In this document: in pieces, positions 17,229-25,197 of the stretch
Position numbering within the stretch: the stretch's first letter is position 1
Layout: every line of letters begins with the position of its first letter
Made by a program: the position numbers and the translations under genes
Source of the DNA: a virus
Lineage: Duplodnaviria; Caudoviricetes
DNA length: 32,651 bases
Virus record (IMG/VR): IMGVR_UViG_3300005573_001290
Location: 1-32,651 of that record
Direction: 5' to 3' (one strand)
Notes under the pieces: generated by a model
Told to the model about the DNA's origin: nothing
Database searches by the model: none
What the model saw: the letters and a program-made list of their open reading frames with translations, nothing else

Positions 17229-18269
17229 CTACTGGCAGATCCCATCCACGCCGCATTTCGCCACGGCCGAAACGACGCCGTTGGCCTCATCCCACATCGG
17301 CAGGCACTCAACCGAAACCGTGACGATGCCGTCCGTCTCGCCGACCTCCGCGGTCGCAAACGAGACCTTATGCCAAGTGAGCTCGAGCGAGTTGTTCGAG
17401 TCGTAGGTGAGCGAGATCACCGCCGTGCCGGCCGTCTGCTGGCGCAGCTTGGTGAGCTCGGTCGAGCCGTTCTCAAAGCGGGCGACGAAGCGCAGCGCGC
17501 CCTGGCGGTTGCCGAACTCAAGCCGCCCTCGGATGGCCCCGCTTGAGCCGTCGCCGGGCGTTTGGAAGCCCGAGCCGGGGTAGAAACCGCCGTCCAGCCG
17601 CACGTTGTTCTTCCAGGAGGTTTCGAGCGAAACAATGTTCTTGTTCGAGACGTAGTTGACGCCGTTGATCGTGAGCGCCAGCGACGCCGATGGCAGCAGC
17701 TTCTCCACCGTCGCCGCCGGCATGGTGATGCCCGAGGGCTCAATGTACTTGCCCGATCCCACGAACTCAACAGTGATCTTCGAGTTGGCGCGGCCCGGAC
17801 CCGAGCCGATCGAGATGGTCCAGCCTTCGACGGCGCAGCCCACCGCCATGCGGTCGATGACGGCGCCCGCGCCGGGCCGGATCTGCTCAACGAAAGAAAA
17901 GTAGGGCAGCTCGGCCGCATCGCCCGAAGCGGGAAACAGCGGCGTCGAGGTGTAGGTGAAGTTCGGCGCTGAGCCCGACTTGACCACCTTGCCCAGGCCA
18001 AAGGCCATGGCCCAAGCGGCAATCTCCGCGCTTAAGTATTTCTCGAGCGTCCCGCCCGTATCCCAAGCGGCCGGGAACGAGTGCGTGGCGAACTCGTGCC
18101 CCTTTCCAAACTCCTCGGCGTCATTCTCGGTGTTGAGCTTGGGGTTGGCCAGCGCAGCGTTCAGCTTGCGCAGTTGCCACATCTGCCCAGCGGTGTTGGC
18201 CGTGGCGATGTCGGCCTGCTTCTGCTTACCGAAGCAGATCTGGATTTCCTGCATCCGCGCGACGGACAT
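17229..18269 (-). CDS. major tail tube protein (346 aa from MSVARM)
   Basis: Position before the chaperone, beta-rich sequence, GAGGAGG RBS. Confidence 0.8.
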   Translation of the reverse strand: MSVARMQEIQICFGKQKQADIATANTAGQMWQLRKLNAALANPKLNTENDAEEFGKGHEFATHSFPAAWDTGGTLEKYLSAEIAAWAMAFGLGKVVKSGSAPNFTYTSTPLFPASGDAAELPYFSFVEQIRPGAGAVIDRMAVGCAVEGWTISIGSGPGRANSKITVEFVGSGKYIEPSGITMPAATVEKLLPSASLALTINGVNYVSNKNIVSLETSWKNNVRLDGGFYPGSGFQTPGDGSSGAIRGRLEFGNRQGALRFVARFENGSTELTKLRQQTAGTAVISLTYDSNNSLELTWHKVSFATAEVGETDGIVTVSVECLPMWDEANGVVSAVAKCGVDGICQ

Positions 18270-18405
18270 CAGGGGTTGCCTCCTCATCTTCCTGTTCGTT
18301 CCGCTGCCGATAGCCGCGGACCATCAGCGGCACCAGAACTTCGGGCCGCGCCGCCACGCGCCGCACTTCGCCCTCAGGCGAGATCATGACCACTTGTTCA
18401 CTCAT
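18226..18405 (-). CDS. small hypothetical protein (59 aa, MSEQVVMISPEGEVRRV...)
   Basis: Fills the gap between terminator and major tail genes with overlaps at both ends; below the ORF-track cutoff. Confidence 0.6.
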   Translation of the reverse strand: MSEQVVMISPEGEVRRVAARPEVLVPLMVRGYRQRNEQEDEEATPDVRRADAGNPDLLR

Positions 18406-18871
18406 CTCCCATCTCCGTGAAACTCAGGGGCATTTCAAAATAGTCCAGCCCCTCGGCGTCGGTCTGCCGCTGGATCTGCGGCAGGTCCATTGGGTAACAG
18501 GAAGGATGGACCGCCGCGTTGAGCATCGGCACGCCCAACGACGCCGGCACACCCTTGGTGATCAGCCGGAACAGCCGGTAGTAGGCCGTGGGCGGGTCAC
18601 CATCAAAGGTCTCGTGCGCCCGCAGGTAGAGCGTGACCTGATGACGCCAGACGTCGACACTTCCGAAACTCCCCGGCTGCGTGCCTTGCCAGGCGGCCAG
18701 GATCCCCGGCGCGGGCATCTGGTGAACCGCCGCCGCGAGGCTGACCCGCTTCGGGTACTGATCGTGATAAGCGAAGATCCGCTGCTCATCGCCTTCCATC
18801 TCGGCCACCAGCTCCGGGATATCGCGCAGCAACGCGACCAGCTCATCGACCAGTTCCGCCGGGTTGATCAT
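18398..18871 (-). CDS. putative tail terminator/completion protein (157 aa from MINPAEL)
   Basis: Synteny; ATGA coupling; GGAGG RBS. Confidence 0.7.
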   Translation of the reverse strand: MINPAELVDELVALLRDIPELVAEMEGDEQRIFAYHDQYPKRVSLAAAVHQMPAPGILAAWQGTQPGSFGSVDVWRHQVTLYLRAHETFDGDPPTAYYRLFRLITKGVPASLGVPMLNAAVHPSCYPMDLPQIQRQTDAEGLDYFEMPLSFTEMGDE

Positions 18872-19323
18872 TGTTGCTTGCCTCCCAAGGCGCGCTCGAC
18901 GAGCAAACGAGGCTTCATCTCCTCGAGCATTTTCCGCGCGGCTCCAACGACGGCCGCCTTGTTCTTGGGCGAAAAGACCATCCACTCCTCGCGCTTCTGG
19001 TTGGCCCACGCCTTGATGCGCTCCTTGCGAGTCGAGACGCCGGCCTTGGCGCGGTTCTCGCTCACGGTGCGCACCTGGAAGTTGCGCAACAGGTCGCCGG
19101 TGAAGGTCAGGTTGCGGCGGTTGCCCTTGCCTTGGCGGGTCTTGAAGATCGCGTAGCGCTTGGTGAGCGGCTTGGTCGGCGCATCCGTAGGTCCCTGCGC
19201 CGCCGCCAGCCGCGCCTTCACCGCCGCGACGCCCGCTGAGCCCAGCTCATACATCTGCCGCTGGGGAAAGTTGAGCCGGTCGAGCCGGAGCTGCTTCTTC
19301 ACATACACCCGAACCGTGGCCAT
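18868..19323 (-). CDS. putative neck / virion morphogenesis protein (basic, gpZ/gp10 position)
   Basis: KPLTKRYAIFK...RNLTFTGDLLRN motif; synteny. Confidence 0.7.
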   Translation of the reverse strand: MATVRVYVKKQLRLDRLNFPQRQMYELGSAGVAAVKARLAAAQGPTDAPTKPLTKRYAIFKTRQGKGNRRNLTFTGDLLRNFQVRTVSENRAKAGVSTRKERIKAWANQKREEWMVFSPKNKAAVVGAARKMLEEMKPRLLVERALGGKQQ

Positions 19324-19375
19324 GGTTTCTGAGGCGCCGTCTGCGGTATCCTACTGCCAAAAGCAGGTGGGCTCG

Positions 19376-19597
19376 ATGAAACGAACCATCCAAGTGCGCA
19401 TTTCAAAGGGCGAGCAACAGTATGTTGCCGAATGCCTGGACCTGCCGGTTGTGACGCAGGCGCCGACCCTCGACGAATTAGCCGCCAACATCCGGGAGGC
19501 CATCCACCTGCACCTGGAAGGGGAGGACCTGGCGGAACTGGGCTTGGCTGAGCACCCGACTATCGTCGCCACGCTGGAGCTGGACGCCGCCGCCTGA
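19376..19597 (+). CDS. hicB: HicB family antitoxin
   Basis: YVAECLDLPVVTQAPTLDELAANIREAIHLHLE. Confidence 0.88.
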   Translation: MKRTIQVRISKGEQQYVAECLDLPVVTQAPTLDELAANIREAIHLHLEGEDLAELGLAEHPTIVATLELDAAA

Positions 19598-19752
19598 TGC
19601 CGAAGCTCAGGGTCTTGTCCGGTGACGATCGGTTGGCCATGTTGTCCTGTCATCGAGAAGTGGACAAGGGGACCTTGCGGGCCATTTACCGGCAGGCGCT
19701 GCGGTTCGTTCCAGAATCGGTATTGAAACCTCTGTTCTACACGGAGCAGTAG
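19597..19752 (+). pseudogene. hicA: HicA family toxin with in-frame internal deletion (51 aa; absent from the ORF track)
   Basis: MPKLRVLSGDD...HREVDKGTLRAIYRQA keeps both HicA ends but lacks the central GF...GSH catalytic segment; TGATG coupling to hicB. Confidence 0.8.
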
Positions 19753-19771
19753 CCTCCGCGGCGAGGCTACT
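19748..19771. terminator. 9-bp hairpin at the end of hicA, possible terminator
   Basis: AGTAGCCTC-6 nt-GAGGCTACT; no clear U-tract. Confidence 0.4.
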
Positions 19772-19786
19772 CTGCCATCCCGCTCC

Positions 19787-19850
19787 ACTTCCGTCAGATC
19801 TGGCGGAAGTCGTTCCCGCCGACTCAACTTGTGGAAGATCTTCCACAAGT
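19787..19850. repeat. two 24-bp palindromes at 40-bp period
   Basis: ACTTCCGTCAGATCTGGCGGAAGT (19787-19810, one mismatch) and ACTTGTGGAAGATCTTCCACAAGT (19827-19850, perfect). Confidence 0.85.
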
Positions 19851-20134
19851 CAACCTGTCTTGCGGAGCTTGAGCACGGCGGCGCCCTCCGCATCCAGCTC
19901 GATGTCGAAGACCTTGTAACGGACGCCGCCGATCCCGACTTCGTCCCCGCGCCGCGGTGCGCCGGGCAGATCCGCCAGCCGCACAAACAGCACCGCGTAG
20001 ACGCCCGGCGAAGCGTCCTCGGCCTCCCGCGCCGGCTGAAACACCGCGCGGATCGCGGCCTCGCCGCCCGCCTCGGGCCAGTAAAGAACCTCGCGGCCGA
20101 AGGCTTGCACCACGGCCGCGTCGAGGTCCTTCAC
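19850..20134 (-). CDS. head-tail joining protein (gpFII-like)
   Basis: PRRGDEVGIGGVRYKVFDIELDAEG...LKLRK; follows the capsid gene; start uncertain. Confidence 0.75.
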   Translation of the reverse strand: MKDLDAAVVQAFGREVLYWPEAGGEAAIRAVFQPAREAEDASPGVYAVLFVRLADLPGAPRRGDEVGIGGVRYKVFDIELDAEGAAVLKLRKTG

Positions 20135-20157
20135 TGCCGCCGGCCAACCGCTCCGGC

Positions 20158-21168
20158 TCAGGCCTTCGTCCCTTTCACCAGCACCTCCGGCCGCAGGCAG
20201 ATCGGCAGAGGGTTGGACTGAGTGTGAAGATCGGTCCCGCGGTCGAACTTGCGCGGTTCCTGCTTGGCGTACAGCGGCAGGCCCAGCGTGTTGGCGGTCT
20301 CGTTGAAGTCCGCCGGGGCGAAGTAGGTCCGGAAGGTGTTGGCCGTGCCCAGCGGGAAAAAGTGCGCCTCGTCGTCGGCGATGAACTTGCGCACGTTGCC
20401 GGCGGCGTCGGTCGCCTGCCCGCGGTACTCCTCAAAGGTCACCCCGCCGAAGCTGAACCCGGTGCGGTAGTCGTTGCCCAGCTGCTGGCTGCGCTGGAAG
20501 TACAGGAAGGCCTCCTTGACCTTGGGATGGGTGGTCAGCGCGTCATAGAAGCCCTGCGAGCACAAGCACATCACCCCGGTCATGAACTCGCCCTTGAGGT
20601 TGTCCTCGATGTGCCGCTTCACCTCCAGGATCTTGGTCAGCACCTCGGTGGTGTTGGTGGTCAAGGCGAAGTTCACGCTCTTGGGCGTGATGCCGAACTC
20701 GCTGTAGAGGTCGTAGAGCACCGAGCCGTCGGCGTCCAGAATCACCCCCTTCAAGGCCCCCATGCGCAGGTGCTCCAGGGTGATGGCGTGTTTGTTGCGC
20801 ATGGTCTGGAGCTTGGCGGCGATGAGGTTGGCCAGGGCCTCCAACTGGTTGTCGGAGCCGAAGGCGCGCAAGCCCTGGACCTCCTCGGGCAACACCACAT
20901 CCTCATGCGGGATGTGGGGGATGACGAAGCTGCGCAGCTTGCGCTTGGCCTGGGCGCCGAGGGTGGCCGGAGCGCCCACCGGGCGGGTGGGCAACAGGTT
21001 CAGCACCCCGTTCATCTCCTCGAGGATCAGGGTGCGGGTGCGCACGCCTTCGGCCGGCATCAGGTTGAGTTGCTCCAGGCGGCCGTAGAGGTTGGGCAGC
21101 TTGTTGAGGGCCGCCGTGAGGGCGACCATATGGAAGGCATCGGTGGCGAAGGGATTGAGCATCGGCAT
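20158..21168 (-). CDS. major capsid protein (lambda gpE family)
   Basis: KHAITLEHLRMGALKG...DLYSEFG...HTQSNPLPICLRP. Confidence 0.93.
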   Translation of the reverse strand: MPMLNPFATDAFHMVALTAALNKLPNLYGRLEQLNLMPAEGVRTRTLILEEMNGVLNLLPTRPVGAPATLGAQAKRKLRSFVIPHIPHEDVVLPEEVQGLRAFGSDNQLEALANLIAAKLQTMRNKHAITLEHLRMGALKGVILDADGSVLYDLYSEFGITPKSVNFALTTNTTEVLTKILEVKRHIEDNLKGEFMTGVMCLCSQGFYDALTTHPKVKEAFLYFQRSQQLGNDYRTGFSFGGVTFEEYRGQATDAAGNVRKFIADDEAHFFPLGTANTFRTYFAPADFNETANTLGLPLYAKQEPRKFDRGTDLHTQSNPLPICLRPEVLVKGTKA

Positions 21169-21174
21169 AACGGG

Positions 21175-21549
21175 TTAGGCTCCTTCCCGGACGAGAATGC
21201 CCAGGTTTTCCAGTTGGCTGAGGGCGGCGGCCTTCTGCGGGGCCGTAATGCCGGCGGGCCACACAAGCCCCCTGTCGGCGCAGATGGCCTCGCGGGCGAG
21301 GATCACCCCGGGCGCGTCCGCCGCCGTGGCGTCGACACTGTGGAGCAGGACGCCCGCGGCGTTTTGCGAGCCGTCCTCGGCGGCCGGCGCAAGCTGGGTC
21401 ACCTTGCCGCTGGCAGTGAGGACGCCGACCACCGTGCCGGTGGCCAGATTCTGGCCGCTCGCGACGGTGACTTTGTCGCGGCTGTAAAGGTTGTCTTCTT
21501 CCCACTTGAGCCAGTCGCCCAAGCGGTTGGTTTCGTCCAGAACGGGCAT
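21175..21549 (-). CDS. head decoration protein (gpD-like)
   Basis: YSRDKVTVASGQNLATGTVVG...DGSQNAAGVL. Confidence 0.9.
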   Translation of the reverse strand: MPVLDETNRLGDWLKWEEDNLYSRDKVTVASGQNLATGTVVGVLTASGKVTQLAPAAEDGSQNAAGVLLHSVDATAADAPGVILAREAICADRGLVWPAGITAPQKAAALSQLENLGILVREGA

Positions 21550-21552
21550 CGC

Positions 21553-21915
21553 TTACTTTCCTCCTCGCGCGCCCAAGCGGGCGCAGGCTTGCACAATGGG
21601 GTTATCCTCCAGATCCGCCGGAGCGCGGGTTCCGGTTTCCGGCAACACGTGGGAATGGATCGGGGGCGCTTCGGCTTCGGCGCGCATCGCCCGAAGCAGT
21701 TTCCGGACCTCGGCGGCCGGCAGTTGACGCTCAATGAATTCCGCGGCCCGCGCCGGGCAGCCGGCCAGGGCGCACAGATCGACGATCTCGGCCGCCTCGG
21801 CGTAGCCCTGGGCGCGGGCTTCCGCCTGGATCGAAGCCGGATCGGGAACGGGCGGACTGGGGGCCGCCTGGATGGTTGGGGCCTGGATGGTTCCATCCAG
21901 GATGGTTTCAGACAC
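21553..21915 (-). CDS. nested in-frame scaffolding protein (Nu3-like)
   Basis: AAAGGAGG 7 nt upstream of an in-frame GTG inside the protease gene; same layout as lambda C/Nu3. Confidence 0.7.
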   Translation of the reverse strand: MSETILDGTIQAPTIQAAPSPPVPDPASIQAEARAQGYAEAAEIVDLCALAGCPARAAEFIERQLPAAEVRKLLRAMRAEAEAPPIHSHVLPETGTRAPADLEDNPIVQACARLGARGGK

Positions 21916-22779
21916 GGTAGTGCCTCCTTTCGTGAACTTGGATTTCGAAATGAAATCGGTCATTACGGCAAGAGCATCCCGGAACGGGCCGATGCGGTCC
22001 GCGAAACCGCGGGCGATGCTCTCCTCACCGTAGTAAATGCCTGCTTCCGTGGCCCGCACTGCCTCTGCGCTGAGTCTGCGCCGGCGCGCCACGGTATCGA
22101 CAAACATGCCGTAGAGCCGGTTGATCTCAGCCACGAGCACGTCGCGCGCTTCAGCCGACAGCGGCTCATGCGGACTGAAATCGTTCTTCCGCTCGCCGGC
22201 ATAGATGGCGGTGTACTTCAATCCATGGGCCGTGTCGGAGCCGCTCTGGTCAATGTGTAATGCGATGATGCCGACCGAGCCCACGCCGGCGGTGCGCGTG
22301 ACCCAGATCTGGCCCGCCGCCGAGGCGAGCAGATAGCCGGCGCTCAAGGCCCAGTCGTCAACCGCGGCCCAGACCGGTTTTGCCTGTGCCGCCTGCTCGA
22401 TCAGATCGGCCACGTCCCAGGCCCCGTTGGCCTCGCCGCCGTAGCTGTCCAAGCGCAGCAGGATCCCCTTCACTTGCCGGTCCGCCGCTGCCTGGAGAAC
22501 CTCGTTGCCGAGCTGCTCATACGAGGTCAGCCCCGACTGCGCCTCCAGGCCGGAAGCGCGGTTCACCAGCGTGCCCGACACCTCGATGACGGCGACGCCG
22601 GCCTCGGTGACAGCATAAGGCTTCCGCGTCCGCTGCTCCGCAAGCAGCGCCGCTTCCACGCCCGGAGCATCGAATCCGAGGCGAGGTGCGAGCACGGCCA
22701 GGATCGCCGCCAGCTTCTTCTGCTCGATCATCAGCGGCGTGTGGAACACGCGCGAGGCCAGGTGGGGAAGATTCCTCAT
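21553..22779 (-). CDS. S49 family prohead protease (gpC-like)
   Basis: LDSYGGE, ALSAGYLLASAA, GVGSVGII, AGERKND motifs. Confidence 0.93.
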   Translation of the reverse strand: MRNLPHLASRVFHTPLMIEQKKLAAILAVLAPRLGFDAPGVEAALLAEQRTRKPYAVTEAGVAVIEVSGTLVNRASGLEAQSGLTSYEQLGNEVLQAAADRQVKGILLRLDSYGGEANGAWDVADLIEQAAQAKPVWAAVDDWALSAGYLLASAAGQIWVTRTAGVGSVGIIALHIDQSGSDTAHGLKYTAIYAGERKNDFSPHEPLSAEARDVLVAEINRLYGMFVDTVARRRRLSAEAVRATEAGIYYGEESIARGFADRIGPFRDALAVMTDFISKSKFTKGGTTVSETILDGTIQAPTIQAAPSPPVPDPASIQAEARAQGYAEAAEIVDLCALAGCPARAAEFIERQLPAAEVRKLLRAMRAEAEAPPIHSHVLPETGTRAPADLEDNPIVQACARLGARGGK

Positions 22780-24269
22780 GAGGTCTCTGTCGCCGGCTCC
22801 TTCTCGGCCACCCTCTGCCCGTTGCCCGTGGTCTTGCGCGGGTCGGAGTCATAGGTCAGGCCCAGCGAGTCGGCGCGTGCGTTGTCGGCGGCGGCCTGCC
22901 GGTCGACCTCTTCTTCGTCGTAGCCCATCTCGTTGATCACCGCGCTGCGCGGCTTGAAGCCCGCCCGCACCGCCAGCAGCTCCGCATTCATGTCCTTGAG
23001 CGGATCCACCCAGGCCCAGGACGGCGGCCGCCATTCGACATCCAGATAGGCATACTGTTGCCGCCGGTAATCCCGCGCCTCAATCGCCCCCGCCAAAACC
23101 GCCGCTTCCAGCCACGCCCGCCACACCGGCCGGCAGAACTGGTAGACCAGCACCTGGTGCTGAAACTGCTCGCAGCGGCGGCGGAACTCCAACAGCCCCG
23201 CCCGGATCGAAGAGTAGTTCACCCGCTCCAGGTCCCCGGTCAACTGCTCGTAGGTGATGCCCAGCCCGGCGGCGATGGCCCGCAACTGCACCCGCATGAA
23301 CTCGGTGTACATGCCGCCCACATCGCCCGGCTCGGCAAACCGCACATCCTCGCCCGGCAGCAGCTTGACCATCGAGCCGGGCTCCAGCCCGGCCAGCGCC
23401 GCGCCCGCCTGGTCCCGCTCCGCCTCGGCCGGCTTGGCCCCAAGCACCGGGTCGTCCGGATTGTTTTCAACAATGAAGGCCGCAAACATGGCCGCCAGCT
23501 TCTTGCGCACCAGCTCGGCATCGTCGTACTGGTCCAGCTCGTGGAGCTTCACCAGCACTTGCGCCAACCAGGGCTGCCCGCGGTGCTGGCCGGGCCGCAG
23601 GGGCTTGTAGATGTGCAACACCGACTCGGCCGGCACGCGCACCGTCTGGCCGGCGTTGGCGAACATCACCCGCTCGCCGGGATGCTCGCGGTAGAGGTGA
23701 TACGCCACCCGCTGGCCCATCGCATTGAACTCGATCCCCGCCCGGATGACGTTGCCGTTCGGCAAGTCTTCGTTCTTGGCCAGGGGCAGATGCTCGGCCT
23801 CCAGCAACTGCAACTGAAGCGGAACACTCAAGCCGTCCTCTGGAAGCCTCGACCGGATGCGCACCAGGCACTCGCCGCCCTCGATCGCCGAACGGCAGAC
23901 CAGGGCTTGCAGCCCGTAGAAGTCGGTGAGCCCATGGGCGTCAGCTTCGTCGGTCCAGCGCAGCCACAGCTCCTGAAGCCGCCGCTTGACCGCCGCATCG
24001 GGGTGCTTGGACTGGGGCTTGATGCCCGCGCCCACGGCGTTGGCCACGAAGCTGTCGATGGCGTTCGCGGCCCAGGCGTTGCGCCGCACCATCTCCCGCG
24101 AGCGCGACCGCAAGGCCTCCCCGCCCACTGTCAGCAGGGCATTGAGGCCCTCGGCCGAGGCATACCAGCCCCGCGTGCGCCAGCCCGCCGAGGCCGCCTC
24201 ATAGCCCGAGGCCGCTTTCACCAGCGGCGCAAACGCCGCCCGCAGGAGATTCCGCCAGTAGCCCGCCAT
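22776..24269 (-). CDS. lambda-family portal protein (497 aa from MAGYW)
   Basis: LRSRSREMVRRNAWA, RPGQHRGQPW, VNYSSIRAGLLEFRR, WVDPLKD. Confidence 0.95.
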   Translation of the reverse strand: MAGYWRNLLRAAFAPLVKAASGYEAASAGWRTRGWYASAEGLNALLTVGGEALRSRSREMVRRNAWAANAIDSFVANAVGAGIKPQSKHPDAAVKRRLQELWLRWTDEADAHGLTDFYGLQALVCRSAIEGGECLVRIRSRLPEDGLSVPLQLQLLEAEHLPLAKNEDLPNGNVIRAGIEFNAMGQRVAYHLYREHPGERVMFANAGQTVRVPAESVLHIYKPLRPGQHRGQPWLAQVLVKLHELDQYDDAELVRKKLAAMFAAFIVENNPDDPVLGAKPAEAERDQAGAALAGLEPGSMVKLLPGEDVRFAEPGDVGGMYTEFMRVQLRAIAAGLGITYEQLTGDLERVNYSSIRAGLLEFRRRCEQFQHQVLVYQFCRPVWRAWLEAAVLAGAIEARDYRRQQYAYLDVEWRPPSWAWVDPLKDMNAELLAVRAGFKPRSAVINEMGYDEEEVDRQAAADNARADSLGLTYDSDPRKTTGNGQRVAEKEPATETS

Positions 24270-24478
24270 CAGAACCCCTTGCTCGTTGTGACCTTCACAA
24301 TGCGCGATCGCACTTGCGCCGAATCCTGCGCCGCCAGCCCCGCCCTCACCTCGCCGATCGCCTTCTTGAGCTCGTCCACGCTGCGGTACTCCAGGCTCCG
24401 CCCTTCGAAGCTCACCCGCAGCGTGCCGCTGGCCAGCGCCGCCTCCAGCGCCTCTAACTGCGATTGCGTGTAGGCCAT
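24269..24478 (-). CDS. head-tail joining protein gpW-like
   Basis: MAYTQSQLEALEAALASGTLRVSFEGRSLEYRSVDEL. Confidence 0.9.
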   Translation of the reverse strand: MAYTQSQLEALEAALASGTLRVSFEGRSLEYRSVDELKKAIGEVRAGLAAQDSAQVRSRIVKVTTSKGF

Positions 24479-24567
24479 CTTGCGCCTCCCAACTCAACTT
24501 CCCGTGTGTGTTCTCGCTCCAGCCATGACTGCCGCCCACCGTGGAGCAAGCCGTCAGGCCGCGCTTT

Positions 24568-24594
24568 GTAGGGGCGGACCGGCGTGTCCGCCCC
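24568..24594 (+). repeat. GTAG-type REP-like hairpin
   Basis: GTAG overlapping GGGGCGGAC-cggcgt-GTCCGCCCC. Confidence 0.6.
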
Positions 24595-24715
24595 ATCGGC
24601 GTGGGCCTTCTGGCTCGCGCCTGCACCATCTCCACCCGTCGCCCTGTTTCATCCCCGTCGTCCCCGCCGGGCCAGGAGGGACTCTGTTACACTCAGGGCG
24701 GATCGACAGGAATCG

Positions 24716-24952
24716 ATGCCCACGATTGCGCGGATCGGGCCGTACCGGGTGTTCTTCTTCAGCAACGAAAGCGACGAGCCGCCGCATGTCCACATCCAGC
24801 GCGAGCGTGCGCTGGCGAAGATCTGGTTGGACTCGGCCGCGTTGGCCGCGGCCAGTGGTTTCGGGGCCAGGGAGTTGCGCGAGTTGATCCGAATGGTGGA
24901 AGATCACCAGCAGAGCTGGTTGGAGGCATGGCATGAGTACTTTGGGGGTTGA
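24716..24952 (+). CDS. DUF4160 family protein (putative TA component)
   Basis: MPTIARIGPYRVFFFSNESDEPPHVHI...AKIWL...WLEAWHEYFG; extended -10 TGTTACACT at 24685-24693. Confidence 0.88.
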   Translation: MPTIARIGPYRVFFFSNESDEPPHVHIQRERALAKIWLDSAALAAASGFGARELRELIRMVEDHQQSWLEAWHEYFGG

Positions 24953-25196
24953 AGTGCAGCCGCGGGCCCGCGAGGTCCAAGTCACAGAGGACGAGCTCAT
25001 TGTCTTGCTGGTGGACGGCCGCAGGCTTTCCGTTCCCTTGGCTTGGTTTCCAGCCCTGGTGCGCGCCGCACCCGAACAGCGGCAGCGCTTCGAACTCCTG
25101 GGCGACGGCGAGGGAGTTCACTGGCCGGACATCGATGAAGATCTGAGCGTGGCGGGCTTGTTGCGAGGGGTCCGCGCCCCGCAAAAATCCTTGTAA
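24933..25196 (+). CDS. DUF2442 family protein (putative TA component)
   Basis: LVDGRRLSVPLAWFPAL...GVHWPDIDEDLSVAGLL. Confidence 0.88.
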   Translation: MSTLGVEVQPRAREVQVTEDELIVLLVDGRRLSVPLAWFPALVRAAPEQRQRFELLGDGEGVHWPDIDEDLSVAGLLRGVRAPQKSL

Positions 25197-25197
25197 T

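Noticed and set aside
19787-19850. Mini CRISPR array
   Set aside because: Only two units, the repeats are not identical, the spacer is 16 bp, and there are no cas genes.
19957-24473. Long plus-strand ORFs (19957-22260, 23058-24473 and similar, such as 7975-9072)
   Set aside because: Antisense shadows of well-supported capsid, protease, portal and tail genes in high-GC DNA; no motifs.
24270-24635. N-terminal extensions in the ORF track (portal from 24635, TMP from 14301, chaperone from 17359, RelE-like from 13744, HicB from 19160)
   Set aside because: They overlap neighbouring genes or promoters; downstream starts fit RBS or promoter positions and family N-termini better.
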